This document shows positions 55,696 to 64,000 of a stretch of DNA of 64,000 bases, in pieces. The notes beneath the pieces were generated by a model. It was not told the origin of the DNA, did not search any database, and worked only from the letters and a program-made list of their open reading frames with translations. Source of the DNA: Alloprevotella sp. (GTDB lineage Bacteria; Bacteroidota; Bacteroidia; Bacteroidales; Muribaculaceae); NCBI GenBank assembly GCA_023663135.1, contig JAMPIE010000006.1, positions 34,170 to 98,169 on the forward strand, written 5' to 3'. A program made the translations under genes and the position numbers. Each line of letters starts with the position of its first letter. Within the stretch, counting starts at the first letter, position 1.

Positions 55696-55742
55696 CACCA
55701 ATCAAGACCGACCATATCAAGACCGACCATAAAGACAAAGAA

Positions 55743-56441
55743 GTGAAAAGGATAATAATAGCCATCGATGGCTTCTCCTCATCTGGAAAAAGCACCATGG
55801 CACGAAGACTGGCCACGGCCATAGGTTATAGATATATTGACTCAGGCGCCATGTATCGCGCTGTGACGCTCTATGCCCTTCGAAACGGCATAGCCACAAC
55901 AGGCAGCGGGGAGCTTGACATAGAAGCCCTCAGCAATGCTCTGCCAGAGATACACATCGATTTCCGCCCTATGGCAGAGACGCAACACACCCTACTCAAC
56001 GGCGAAGATGTAGAGAGCGAGATAAGGTCCATGGAGGTGTCGCAGATGGTGAGCCCTGTGGCCGCAGTCCCGGCAGTGCGTCATGCTCTAACAGCCATGC
56101 AGCGCCAATATGGCAAAGAGAGAGGGATAGTGATGGATGGGCGTGACATAGGCACCACCGTCTTTCCCGATGCCGAGATGAAAATCTTTGTCAACCCACC
56201 GGCAGAGACACGCGCCCGTCGGCGATATCTTGAGCTTGCTGAAAAGGGGATGGGAACACCCTTTGAGACAGTGCTTGAGAATGTATTGGAAAGGGATAAG
56301 ATTGACTCCACGCGCAAAGAGAGCCCCCTGCGGAAGGCCAGCGACGCAATAGAGCTCGACAATGGCAACATGACCCTTGAGGAGCAAGACCAGTGGATGC
56401 TAAGCCAGTATAAATCAATCATAGATGAGTGCAACGGTTGA
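55743..56441 (+). CDS. cmk: Cytidylate kinase
   Basis: AIDGFSSSGKST, DSGAMYR, DGRDIGT and ERDKIDSTR motifs. Confidence 0.96.
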   Translation: MKRIIIAIDGFSSSGKSTMARRLATAIGYRYIDSGAMYRAVTLYALRNGIATTGSGELDIEALSNALPEIHIDFRPMAETQHTLLNGEDVESEIRSMEVSQMVSPVAAVPAVRHALTAMQRQYGKERGIVMDGRDIGTTVFPDAEMKIFVNPPAETRARRRYLELAEKGMGTPFETVLENVLERDKIDSTRKESPLRKASDAIELDNGNMTLEEQDQWMLSQYKSIIDECNG

Positions 56442-57300
56442 GATAGACCCCGGATCGGGCTTTTGCTTTGGCGTGGTGAACGCCATCAGGAAAGCCGAAG
56501 AAGAGCTTGAGAAAGGGGGGTCCCTCTACTGTCTCGGTGACATAGTGCACAACAGCGACGAAGTGGCGCGGCTGAGCAGACGAGGGCTCGTGTCCATCTC
56601 ACATAGCGATCTCGATACGCTCCCTGTGGGGTCGAGAGTGCTTCTTCGCGCACACGGCGAGCCACCGTCGACGTATATTAAGGCAAAGGAGCGTCGGCTG
56701 ACGATAATCGACGCTACATGCCCGGTGGTGCTCAAGCTGCAACAGCGCATAAGCCGAGCCTCAAAAGAGAGTGACGAAGGGACACAGATAGTGATCTACG
56801 GCAAGCATGGACACGCCGAGGTCAACGGCCTTGTCGGGCAGACCGACGGGAAAGCGATTGTAGTGGAACGGAGCGACGAGCTCGAGAAGATAGACCGTCA
56901 TCGACCGGTGATGCTTTTCTCCCAGACCACCAAGAGCCTCGGCGGCATGAGACAACTGTCAGAGATTATAGCCAACCACCTTGCGCCGGGCATATCGTTC
57001 ACAGCTTACGACACGATATGCCGACAAGTGGCATCGCGCGCGCAGGGGCTCAGAGAATTTGCACTGCGTCACGATGTGGTAATCTTTGTGGCTGGAGCCA
57101 AGAGTTCCAATGGTCGCGCCCTATATAACGAATGTAAATCCGTCAACCCACAGACCCACCTCATCTCCAACCGCCTTGAGATAGAGCCACAATGGCTTAC
57201 AGGCGCAAAGAGCATAGGGATATGCGGAGCCACATCGACGCCGTCGTGGCTGATGGAAGAAGTGGCGCGGAGTGTAGGGCGGATGCAGAGCCAAGGATAA
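56425..57300 (+). CDS. ispH: 4-hydroxy-3-methylbut-2-enyl diphosphate reductase
   Basis: GFCFGV, IVHN, DATCPVV, HAEV, DTICRQ, SSNG and GATSTP motifs. Confidence 0.96.
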   Translation: MSATVEIDPGSGFCFGVVNAIRKAEEELEKGGSLYCLGDIVHNSDEVARLSRRGLVSISHSDLDTLPVGSRVLLRAHGEPPSTYIKAKERRLTIIDATCPVVLKLQQRISRASKESDEGTQIVIYGKHGHAEVNGLVGQTDGKAIVVERSDELEKIDRHRPVMLFSQTTKSLGGMRQLSEIIANHLAPGISFTAYDTICRQVASRAQGLREFALRHDVVIFVAGAKSSNGRALYNECKSVNPQTHLISNRLEIEPQWLTGAKSIGICGATSTPSWLMEEVARSVGRMQSQG

Positions 57301-57313
57301 AAAACGGCGCAAG

Positions 57314-57814
57314 ATGGATAACTTTGTAGCGATAGATGTAGAGACAGCCAATCAATATCCCACGTCAGTGTGCTCCATCGGAGCCGTGAAGGTAGTGGAT
57401 GGAGTCATAGCAGACACATATTATGAGCTCGTGAAGCCCGCCCCCAACTACTACATCAGGCGATTTACCGAAGAGATCCACGGCATCTCGCGCAAAGACA
57501 CCGACGGAGCCAGGAGCTTTCCCGAAGTGTGGGAGACGCTTGAGCGATTTATAGGGACACTGCCTTTAGTGGCACACAACAAAGCCTTTGATGAGCGCTG
57601 TATCCGCGCGTGCTTCAGCCATCACGGGATGGCATATCCGGAATATCCATTCTACTGCACACTCATCAAAGCGCGCGCGACCATACCACGGAGACTGTGC
57701 GGCTCCTTCACCCTCCCCTCACTTGCAGCATTTCTCGGTATCTCCTTTGACAATCATCACAACGCGCTCGCCGATGCCGAGGCCTGCGCTCGAATAGCCC
57801 AGACAATCTTATGA
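57314..57814 (+). CDS. DEDDh 3'-5' exonuclease (DNA polymerase III epsilon-like)
   Basis: AIDVETAN, AHNKAFD and HHNALADA motifs. Confidence 0.92.
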   Translation: MDNFVAIDVETANQYPTSVCSIGAVKVVDGVIADTYYELVKPAPNYYIRRFTEEIHGISRKDTDGARSFPEVWETLERFIGTLPLVAHNKAFDERCIRACFSHHGMAYPEYPFYCTLIKARATIPRRLCGSFTLPSLAAFLGISFDNHHNALADAEACARIAQTIL

Positions 57815-58176
57815 CAACAGCAATCCAGACCCCACCCCTCCCCCGCTTCACGCTTATAGCCAGTGCCTTAGCCCTTGTCGTGACCTTCACAGCCAGGACT
57901 CTGCACCTACACTCGGCCCAAAGCACGATAGCAGGCTCCCAAAAGGGAGAGATTGACACAGCGGCGTGGAACTTGGGAGTGGAACATTCACTGAAATTTA
58001 TCAACGAATGTTGCGACGACGACAGCCGCGGCCTTCGCCTGCTTGAGATACGTGCGAGAGAGAGCAATATCAGACATCAAATGGGGGAAGAGACGGCCGA
58101 CTCATATGTCAAAGGATTTGAAGAAGGGCTGAGAGAGAACTCCGACTCCCTTGCAAACGTTATACTCCAAAGATAA
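57811..58176 (+). CDS. Hypothetical exported or membrane-anchored protein
   Basis: ATGA-coupled to the exonuclease gene; hydrophobic N-terminus. Confidence 0.65.
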   Translation: MTTAIQTPPLPRFTLIASALALVVTFTARTLHLHSAQSTIAGSQKGEIDTAAWNLGVEHSLKFINECCDDDSRGLRLLEIRARESNIRHQMGEETADSYVKGFEEGLRENSDSLANVILQR

Positions 58177-58189
58177 GAACACCAACACG

Positions 58190-58804
58190 ATGATTATCCA
58201 TACAGCACGATTTCAGATATCTAACTCAACGGTGGACAAATGCCCGGCCGAGATGCGCCATGAATATGCCTTCATAGGGCGCTCCAACGTGGGCAAATCA
58301 AGCCTCATCAATATGCTGACGGGGAATGGGTCGCTTGCAAAGACCTCATCGACCCCGGGCAAGACGATGCTCATCAACCATTTTGTGATCAACGAATCAT
58401 GGTGTATAGTGGACCTTCCGGGATATGGGTATGCACGGCGAGGGAAAGACACCCGCGAAGATCTCAAGAGGATGATAGAGGGTTATATCCTTGGTAGGGA
58501 GCAGATGACCAATCTGTTTCTTCTTATCGACTCACGACATGAGCCACAAAAGATAGACCTTGAGTTTATGGAATGGCTCGGCGAGAATGGAGTGCCTTTC
58601 TCGATAGTTTTCACCAAGATGGACAAAATGGGACCGATAGCGGGGCGCCAGAAAGTGGCCGGCTATTGTAGCCAACTCCTTGAGCGATGGGAAGAACTGC
58701 CGCCGGTGTTTCTGACCTCGAGCGAAGATGGGCGAGGGCGCGACGAGATACTCAATTATATAGAGCAGCTCAATGCGCTGCCCGTGGGCTACAGCGAAGA
58801 ATAA
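58190..58804 (+). CDS. engB: Ribosome biogenesis GTPase YihA/YsxC
   Basis: [16 protein letters not shown] and TKMDK motifs; start ATG 58190. Confidence 0.95.
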   Translation: MIIHTARFQISNSTVDKCPAEMRHEYAFIGRSNVGKSSLINMLTGNGSLAKTSSTPGKTMLINHFVINESWCIVDLPGYGYARRGKDTREDLKRMIEGYILGREQMTNLFLLIDSRHEPQKIDLEFMEWLGENGVPFSIVFTKMDKMGPIAGRQKVAGYCSQLLERWEELPPVFLTSSEDGRGRDEILNYIEQLNALPVGYSEE

Positions 58805-58865
58805 ACCAATGGAGGGGCAGGATTGTTATAATGGTAGTAAAACACACAACTAACAAACCACAACC

Positions 58866-59036
58866 ATGCCAATAAAGACCCAAGCCCCCCAGCGCGACAA
58901 AGACGCGGACGCCATGGAATATCCGGGCGTAGCCAACAATAAGGCCGACGACGACAAGGTGAACCCCTGTCTCGTGAAGCAAGATGTGAAAGAGCTCAAC
59001 AACAACCCGCGCAACGGCGATATGCAGATGCCTTGA
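58866..59036 (+). CDS. Small acidic protein (56 aa, absent from the ORF track)
   Basis: Hand translation MPIKTQAPQRDKDADAMEYPGVANNKADDDKVNPCLVKQDVKELNNNPRNGDMQMP; A/C-rich Bacteroidetes-type leader and host-like codons. Confidence 0.6.
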   Translation: MPIKTQAPQRDKDADAMEYPGVANNKADDDKVNPCLVKQDVKELNNNPRNGDMQMP

Positions 59037-59143
59037 CGCATAAAATCGCGGCCGATTTGCACGGCAAAAAAAAACTTCTTAACTTTGCGGAATAGGAGTC
59101 TCCTCCTTGGAGATTCCTATTCATATACATCCCCTCATCGACC

Positions 59144-60190
59144 ATGAAAATCGAAAAACAGATCATTCCAACCCCCGATAAAGGGGAGATAACCCTCGTG
59201 AGCCTCACCAATGGGTCGGGAGCCACAGTGACCCTCTCATCAGTGGGAGCCGGCATAGTTAGCGTAGTCGTGCCCGATAAAGAGGGCAAGCTCGAGGATG
59301 TGGCGCTTGGGTATGCAGACCCACGCGACTACTTCTATGACGGTCCATGCGCCGGCAAGTGTCCCGGGCGCTATGCCAATCGAATAGCACGCGGGCACTT
59401 CAGCATTGACGGAAAAGAATATACCCTTGCCATCAACAACGGACCAAACGCCCTCCATGGCGGCCCGGAGGGTTTTCAGAACAGAGTGTGGGCCTGCAGA
59501 GTTGACGGCGACAAAGTGGAGTTTACATATGTCAGTGCCGATGGCGAAGAGGGGTATCCCGGCCAGCTCGCAGTGAAGGCAACCTACACATGGAGCGACG
59601 ACAACTGCCTTACCCTTAACTTAGAAGCAGAGACCGACAAAGCCACCGTAGTGAACCTCACCAACCATGCCTACTGGAACCTTGACGGAGAGAGTTCGGG
59701 GACGGTGCTTGACCATACTCTGTGGCTTGCAGCCTCAAAATTTCTTCCCACCGACGAGACCCTCATTCCGACGGGGGAGATGGCACCGGTGGCGGGGACG
59801 CCAATGGATTTCACTACGGCCAAGCCAATCGGGCGCGATATGGATCTGAGCTACACGCCCATTAAATATGGGAAAGGGTATGACCATTGCTGGATGGTGG
59901 ACGACTGGGCCCCCGGGAAACTCAAGACCGTAGCGAGGCTCGAAGCGGCGAAGTCGGGGCGCATCCTTGAAGTATCCACCACCCAGCCGGCGGCGCAGGT
60001 CTATGCCGGATGCTGGCTCTCAGGGTCGCCTAAAAACAAGAGTGGGCGGTCGATGGAGGACTATGACGGAGTGGCCATAGAATGTCAGCATCCAGCCAAC
60101 TGCCCCAACGAGCCGGCCTTCCCCACGACCCTTCTCCGTCCCGGCGAGAAATATGCCGAGACCATCCAATTTAAGTTCACAACAAAATAA
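59144..60190 (+). CDS. galM: Aldose 1-epimerase (galactose mutarotase)
   Basis: GRYANRI, LHGG, NLTNHAYWNL, GYDH and AIECQ motifs. Confidence 0.93.
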   Translation: MKIEKQIIPTPDKGEITLVSLTNGSGATVTLSSVGAGIVSVVVPDKEGKLEDVALGYADPRDYFYDGPCAGKCPGRYANRIARGHFSIDGKEYTLAINNGPNALHGGPEGFQNRVWACRVDGDKVEFTYVSADGEEGYPGQLAVKATYTWSDDNCLTLNLEAETDKATVVNLTNHAYWNLDGESSGTVLDHTLWLAASKFLPTDETLIPTGEMAPVAGTPMDFTTAKPIGRDMDLSYTPIKYGKGYDHCWMVDDWAPGKLKTVARLEAAKSGRILEVSTTQPAAQVYAGCWLSGSPKNKSGRSMEDYDGVAIECQHPANCPNEPAFPTTLLRPGEKYAETIQFKFTTK

Positions 60191-60212
60191 CCCAATCATA
60201 TTTCATATCGAA

Positions 60213-61118
60213 ATGAAACCCACGCTCTTTGTGCTTGCTGCCGGAATGGGCTCGCGTTATGGCGGTCTGAAGCAGCTCGACGGTCTTGGCCCACATGGCG
60301 AGACCATCATGGACTATTCAATCTACGATGCCCTGAAGGCCGGATTTGGCAAGGTGGTATTCGTGATACGTAAAGATTTTGAGGAGGATTTCCGCAAGGT
60401 AGTCCTGTCAAAATATGAAGGACATATCCCGACGGAGGTAGTGTTCCAGAGCATCAACGACCTGCCCGAGGGATATACGTGCCCGGCCGAACGCACGAAG
60501 CCATGGGGCACCAACCACGCCGTGCTCATGGGCAAGGATGTGATCAAAGAGCCGTTTGCCGTGATTAATGCCGACGACTTCTATGGCCGCAACGCCTTTG
60601 AGGTGATAGCCAAGGAGCTCTCACGTCCTCGCGACAAGAAGGGGGATTACTGCATGGTGGGTTTCCGTGTAGGGAACACCATGACTGAAAACGGGTCAGT
60701 GTCACGCGGCGTATGCTCAACCGGCGCCGATGGGAACCTCACCGGTGTAGTGGAGCGCACCTCGATCTCGTATGACAAGGATGGCAACATAGTCTATGTA
60801 GATGAAAAGGGTGAGAATCAGCCCCTGGATCCCTCCACCCCCGTGTCGATGAACCTCTGGGGCTTCACCCCCGACTACTTTGACTTCTCAGAGCGCGAGT
60901 TTAAGAAGTTTCTTGACAAGGACATCAATACACCCAAGAGCGAGTTTTTCATTCCGTTGGCAATCGACACGCTGATCAAGAGCGGCGAGGCCACCGTAAA
61001 GGTTCTCGACACCGATTCCAAGTGGTTTGGCGTGACATATTCGGCCGATCGTCCCGGCGTGGTAGAGAAATTTGCCGAGCTCCACGCCAATGGGGAGTAT
61101 CCCGACAAGCTTTTTTGA
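60213..61118 (+). CDS. Sugar-phosphate nucleotidyltransferase family protein
   Basis: LAAGMGSRYGGLKQ, KPWGTNHA, INADDFYG, SMNLWGF and WFGVTY motifs; start ATG 60213. Confidence 0.9.
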   Translation: MKPTLFVLAAGMGSRYGGLKQLDGLGPHGETIMDYSIYDALKAGFGKVVFVIRKDFEEDFRKVVLSKYEGHIPTEVVFQSINDLPEGYTCPAERTKPWGTNHAVLMGKDVIKEPFAVINADDFYGRNAFEVIAKELSRPRDKKGDYCMVGFRVGNTMTENGSVSRGVCSTGADGNLTGVVERTSISYDKDGNIVYVDEKGENQPLDPSTPVSMNLWGFTPDYFDFSEREFKKFLDKDINTPKSEFFIPLAIDTLIKSGEATVKVLDTDSKWFGVTYSADRPGVVEKFAELHANGEYPDKLF

Positions 61119-61140
61119 TTCAACGATAACAGCGACATCA

Positions 61141-61173
61141 TAGAGGGGCGGCCTTTCACAGGCCGCCCCTCTA
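61141..61173. terminator. Bidirectional terminator between convergent genes
   Basis: Perfect 14-bp stem TAGAGGGGCGGCCT-ttcac-AGGCCGCCCCTCTA. Confidence 0.75.
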
Positions 61174-61195
61174 TGATGTTGTGGGGTGAAGGGGA

Positions 61196-61489
61196 TTACT
61201 TGCGTCCCTTGATGCGCTCGAGCTGGTGGTCGAGGGCTTCCATGCAGAGGTCGATGGCCTCCTCAAAGGAGTCGGCCACCTTTGTGGCAACAATCTCCGG
61301 GGAGCCGGGGAGGTCAACCTTCACTACGGCCTCCTTGTTCATGGCGGTCTCGGGCTTAACGACCCTGAGGGTAGCGTCGATGCCCATGATGTCGACAAAG
61401 CGACGTGCGAGGCGGTCGGCCTTACGCTTTACAAAGTCGGTGAGGCGCTCGGAGATATCGAAGTGGACAGCATTAACGGTCGTTTCCAT
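61196..61489 (-). CDS. raiA: Ribosome hibernation factor (RaiA/HPF)
   Basis: METTVNAVHFD...ATKVADSFEEAID; start ATG 61489. Confidence 0.9.
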   Translation of the reverse strand: METTVNAVHFDISERLTDFVKRKADRLARRFVDIMGIDATLRVVKPETAMNKEAVVKVDLPGSPEIVATKVADSFEEAIDLCMEALDHQLERIKGRK

Positions 61490-61502
61490 ATGCTTCGTTT
61501 TT

Positions 61503-62441
61503 TTAATTGGTGGAACTTTTCTTTTGGTTATGAAGAGGGCTATGAGCGAGCCGAGGGTGGGCTGCTGCATAGTTGCGTTTTAAATCGTCGAGGGAGATGT
61601 GGGTGTAGATTTGAGTGGTGGCGAGCGAAGAGTGTCCCAAGAGCTGCTGGACGCTGTTGAGGGAGGCACCATTGGCCAGCATATCGGATGCGAAAGAGTG
61701 GCGAAGGACGTGGGGGGAAAGACGACTGGCGTGGACGCCGTTCATAGCCATTGCATTGTGGACAATATTGTAGACCAACTTGCGATAGAGAGGCTTGCCA
61801 TCATTTCGTACAAAGAGAGGGGAGCCGGGGGCGGCTATTCCCGGGCCATCGGATGAGAGGCGAGCCACACGGTAGTCATTGATTAGCGAGGCGAGCGCGG
61901 GTCCAATGGGGATGACACGCTCCTTATTTCGCTTGCCAAGGACGCGAATCTTGTTAAGGGAAGTGTCGGTGTAGTCGTCTCTGAGGCCAATGAGCTCAGA
62001 GCAACGAATGCCGGTCTGATAGAGCATTTCGAGGATTAGGCGATTGCGTATACCGTCGAAAGAGTCGGCCTTCAGAGCCATGTCAAGGAGCAAAGCTTCC
62101 GTCTCAGGCTGCCGGATATTGACCGGGAGTCGTCGAGGGAGACGTCCGGGGTTGATGCCATCGACGGGATTGGAGGGGAGGCCGTCGAATTTCATAAGGA
62201 AGCGGAAGAGAGCGCGGAGGGCAACGGTCTTACGACGCAGAGAGGCGATGGAGATGCCTCGGCGAGCTTCGGCAGCGATATGTACTCGGATGTCGGCGGC
62301 GAGAGCGTGCTCCACGGGGCGTTTCTCGCCATAATCGGCAAGCCAGGCCTTGATGTCGCGCGTGTATGCTTCGACAGTATTAGTCGAGTAGCGCAGCTCA
62401 TCGCGCAGATAGCTTATGAAACGGTCAATCGTGGTCATCAT
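61503..62441 (-). CDS. xerC: Tyrosine recombinase XerC
   Basis: R-H-R-Y catalytic set (TGIRCSE, HVLRHSFA, LLGHSSLATTQIY); xerC-raiA order; start ATG 62441. Confidence 0.88.
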   Translation of the reverse strand: MMTTIDRFISYLRDELRYSTNTVEAYTRDIKAWLADYGEKRPVEHALAADIRVHIAAEARRGISIASLRRKTVALRALFRFLMKFDGLPSNPVDGINPGRLPRRLPVNIRQPETEALLLDMALKADSFDGIRNRLILEMLYQTGIRCSELIGLRDDYTDTSLNKIRVLGKRNKERVIPIGPALASLINDYRVARLSSDGPGIAAPGSPLFVRNDGKPLYRKLVYNIVHNAMAMNGVHASRLSPHVLRHSFASDMLANGASLNSVQQLLGHSSLATTQIYTHISLDDLKRNYAAAHPRLAHSPLHNQKKSSTN

Positions 62442-62507
62442 TCGCAAACTTACATCTTTCGTCAGAGAAATGCAAGAGCCGGGGAGACTTTTCGTGGGAA
62501 AAAAGTT

Positions 62508-63215
62508 TTATAGGTAATAATTGTTGGTGACTCTCATGCGGGAATCGGTCACAAGCACCCAAGGCTTACCGGTAGGGATCTCGAGGTTTACCACCTCGTC
62601 GGCGGTCATGTTGAGGAGGCGCATAGCGAGGCCACGGAGAGAGTTTCCGTGGGCTACGATGAGGACACAACCGGTCTCAGCCACCTTAGGGGCGATGAGC
62701 TCGCTCCAGCAGGCATCTACCCTGGCGATGGTGTCTTTGAGGCTCTCGGTCAGAGGCAGACGGTCGGCCGGCAGGAGATCGTAGCGAGGGTCGTTGCCAG
62801 GGAATCGAGGGTCGTCGGGGGTTAAGATCGGGGGCTCGACATCAAAGCTGCGGCGCCAAGTGTGGACCTGTTCGTCGCCATACTTAGCGGCAGTCTCAGT
62901 CTTGTCAAGGCCCTGGAGAGCACCATAATGGCGCTCATTGAGATGCCAGTCTTTAATGACGGGAATATAGTCGCGCTCCATCTCGGCGGCAGCAATCTGG
63001 AGAGTGTGGATGGCGCGGCGCAATACAGAGGTGAAATAAAATTTGGGCAAGAGGCCGGCTTCCTTCATGGCCTTACCGGCAGCGCGAGCCTCATCGCGGC
63101 CTTTGTCGCTGAGCTCCACGTCAGTCCATCCAGTAAATCGGTTTTCGAGATTCCACATGCTCTGGCCGTGGCGCAGGAGGATGATGGTGTTTTGACTTTT
63201 AAGGTTGGTGGTCAT
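62508..63215 (-). CDS. gpmA: 2,3-bisphosphoglycerate-dependent phosphoglycerate mutase
   Basis: LRHGQS, NRFTGW, LNERHYGALQG and AHGNSLR motifs. Confidence 0.96.
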   Translation of the reverse strand: MTTNLKSQNTIILLRHGQSMWNLENRFTGWTDVELSDKGRDEARAAGKAMKEAGLLPKFYFTSVLRRAIHTLQIAAAEMERDYIPVIKDWHLNERHYGALQGLDKTETAAKYGDEQVHTWRRSFDVEPPILTPDDPRFPGNDPRYDLLPADRLPLTESLKDTIARVDACWSELIAPKVAETGCVLIVAHGNSLRGLAMRLLNMTADEVVNLEIPTGKPWVLVTDSRMRVTNNYYL

Positions 63216-63313
63216 AGTATATAAAGTGTTTTAGGGTAAAACACTCTATCGGCTTTTTTGGTTTATTAATCAAAGGCGGCTAAATTTGCACCGCCAAATT
63301 CATCACAAGCCCA

Positions 63314-64000
63314 ATGACAGAGAAAGAAATCACCGAAAACATATCATCGCGCCTTGGTATAAAAACCCTCAACCCGATGCAGGTGTCCGTGATGGCAGCA
63401 GCGCCAAAGCACACTATCCTCATAGCGCCCACCGGGTCGGGAAAGACACTGGCCTTTGCGTCGGCCATGCTTCGCTCCTTGACAGCCCCCACGGGGGCCC
63501 TTCAGGGACTTGTGATAGCTCCTTCGCGCGAGCTTACGCTCCAGACCTATTCAGTAATCAGGCCTATAGCCACAGGCTATAAGGCCGTGGCTCTTTATGG
63601 GGGTCACTCGTTTAAGGAAGAAGAGGCTTCGCTATCGGTCACGCCCGATATAGCCGTGGCCACACCGGGGCGATTGAACGACCATATAGCACGTGGGCGC
63701 ATTGATCTGAGACGAGTGACCGTGATTGTGATTGACGAATATGACAAGCTGCTTGAGCTTGGCTTTGAGGGGGAGATGAAGCGCATCATAGGACAATGCA
63801 ATAGAGGCGCGACCATCATATTGACATCGGCCACTTCCATAGACCCACTGCCTACATGGCTTCCTATTAAGAGCCCCGAGATGATCAAAGCTGAGGAGCA
63901 GACCGGCAAGAAAAAGCCTGTGAGACATGTCCTTGTCGAGAGTCCAATCCCCGACAAGCTACCAATACTCATTGATCTGCTGCGCTCGCTGCCAGATGGG
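63314..64000 (+). CDS. DEAD/DEAH-box RNA helicase (5' part, runs off the window)
   Basis: Hand translation from ATG 63314: LNPMQ, APTGSGKT, PSREL, TPGR, DEYD, SAT; TAAATTTG box at 63281-63288. Confidence 0.9.
   Translation, partial: MTEKEITENISSRLGIKTLNPMQVSVMAAAPKHTILIAPTGSGKTLAFASAMLRSLTAPTGALQGLVIAPSRELTLQTYSVIRPIATGYKAVALYGGHSFKEEEASLSVTPDIAVATPGRLNDHIARGRIDLRRVTVIVIDEYDKLLELGFEGEMKRIIGQCNRGATIILTSATSIDPLPTWLPIKSPEMIKAEEQTGKKKPVRHVLVESPIPDKLPILIDLLRSLPDG

Noticed and set aside
55701-55730. 15-bp tandem duplication ATCAAGACCGACCAT between porQ and cmk
   Set aside because: A simple slippage duplication in a short spacer with no evidence of function.
61503-62441. Tyrosine recombinase as a mobile-element integrase
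   Set aside because: Size, housekeeping context next to raiA and lack of att sites or cargo fit chromosomal XerC.
2883-63972. Many 60-240 aa ORFs antisense or out of frame to the genes listed
   Set aside because: Shadow ORFs inside well-supported genes, with no motifs or expression signals of their own.
1-64000. tRNA, rRNA or tmRNA genes
   Set aside because: I found no T-loop GTTCRA cloverleaf or rRNA signature by eye; a tRNAscan-SE or Infernal run would confirm.

Overview
Core-genome segment of a Bacteroidales chromosome. TAnnTTTG promoter boxes and gene content support the order; a Muribaculaceae-like host is only my inference. It holds about 58 protein genes, including rpmH, trkAH, dxs, a Na+-pumping methylmalonyl-CoA decarboxylase cluster, dnaK, ilvE, mreBCD-mrdA-rodA, purH, purA, EF-G2, ftsY, rimO, dacB, rsmI, porQ-cmk-ispH, galM, xerC and gpmA. 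It also contains RNase P RNA, a probable 6S RNA, two further sRNA candidates and a clear dif site (33977-34004), so this is probably the replication terminus region. I saw no tRNA, rRNA, CRISPR array or intact transposase. Strongest leads: (1) possible domesticated phage parts, namely an XRE repressor facing an array of TTTGC/GCAAA half-sites and a divergent ORF broken at a T8 tract, plus a separate intact orphan that looks like a catalytically dead terminase ATPase domain; (2) an HD phosphohydrolase fused to a GH109-like domain lacking the catalytic GGHGG His; (3) a tandem pair of about 160-bp MITE-like elements at a TAA stop codon, with ends of further copies elsewhere in the window; (4) a sigma54-like promoter with an upstream perfect dyad at dnaK; (5) sRNA candidates. 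Family assignments come from reading motifs by eye; no database search was run.
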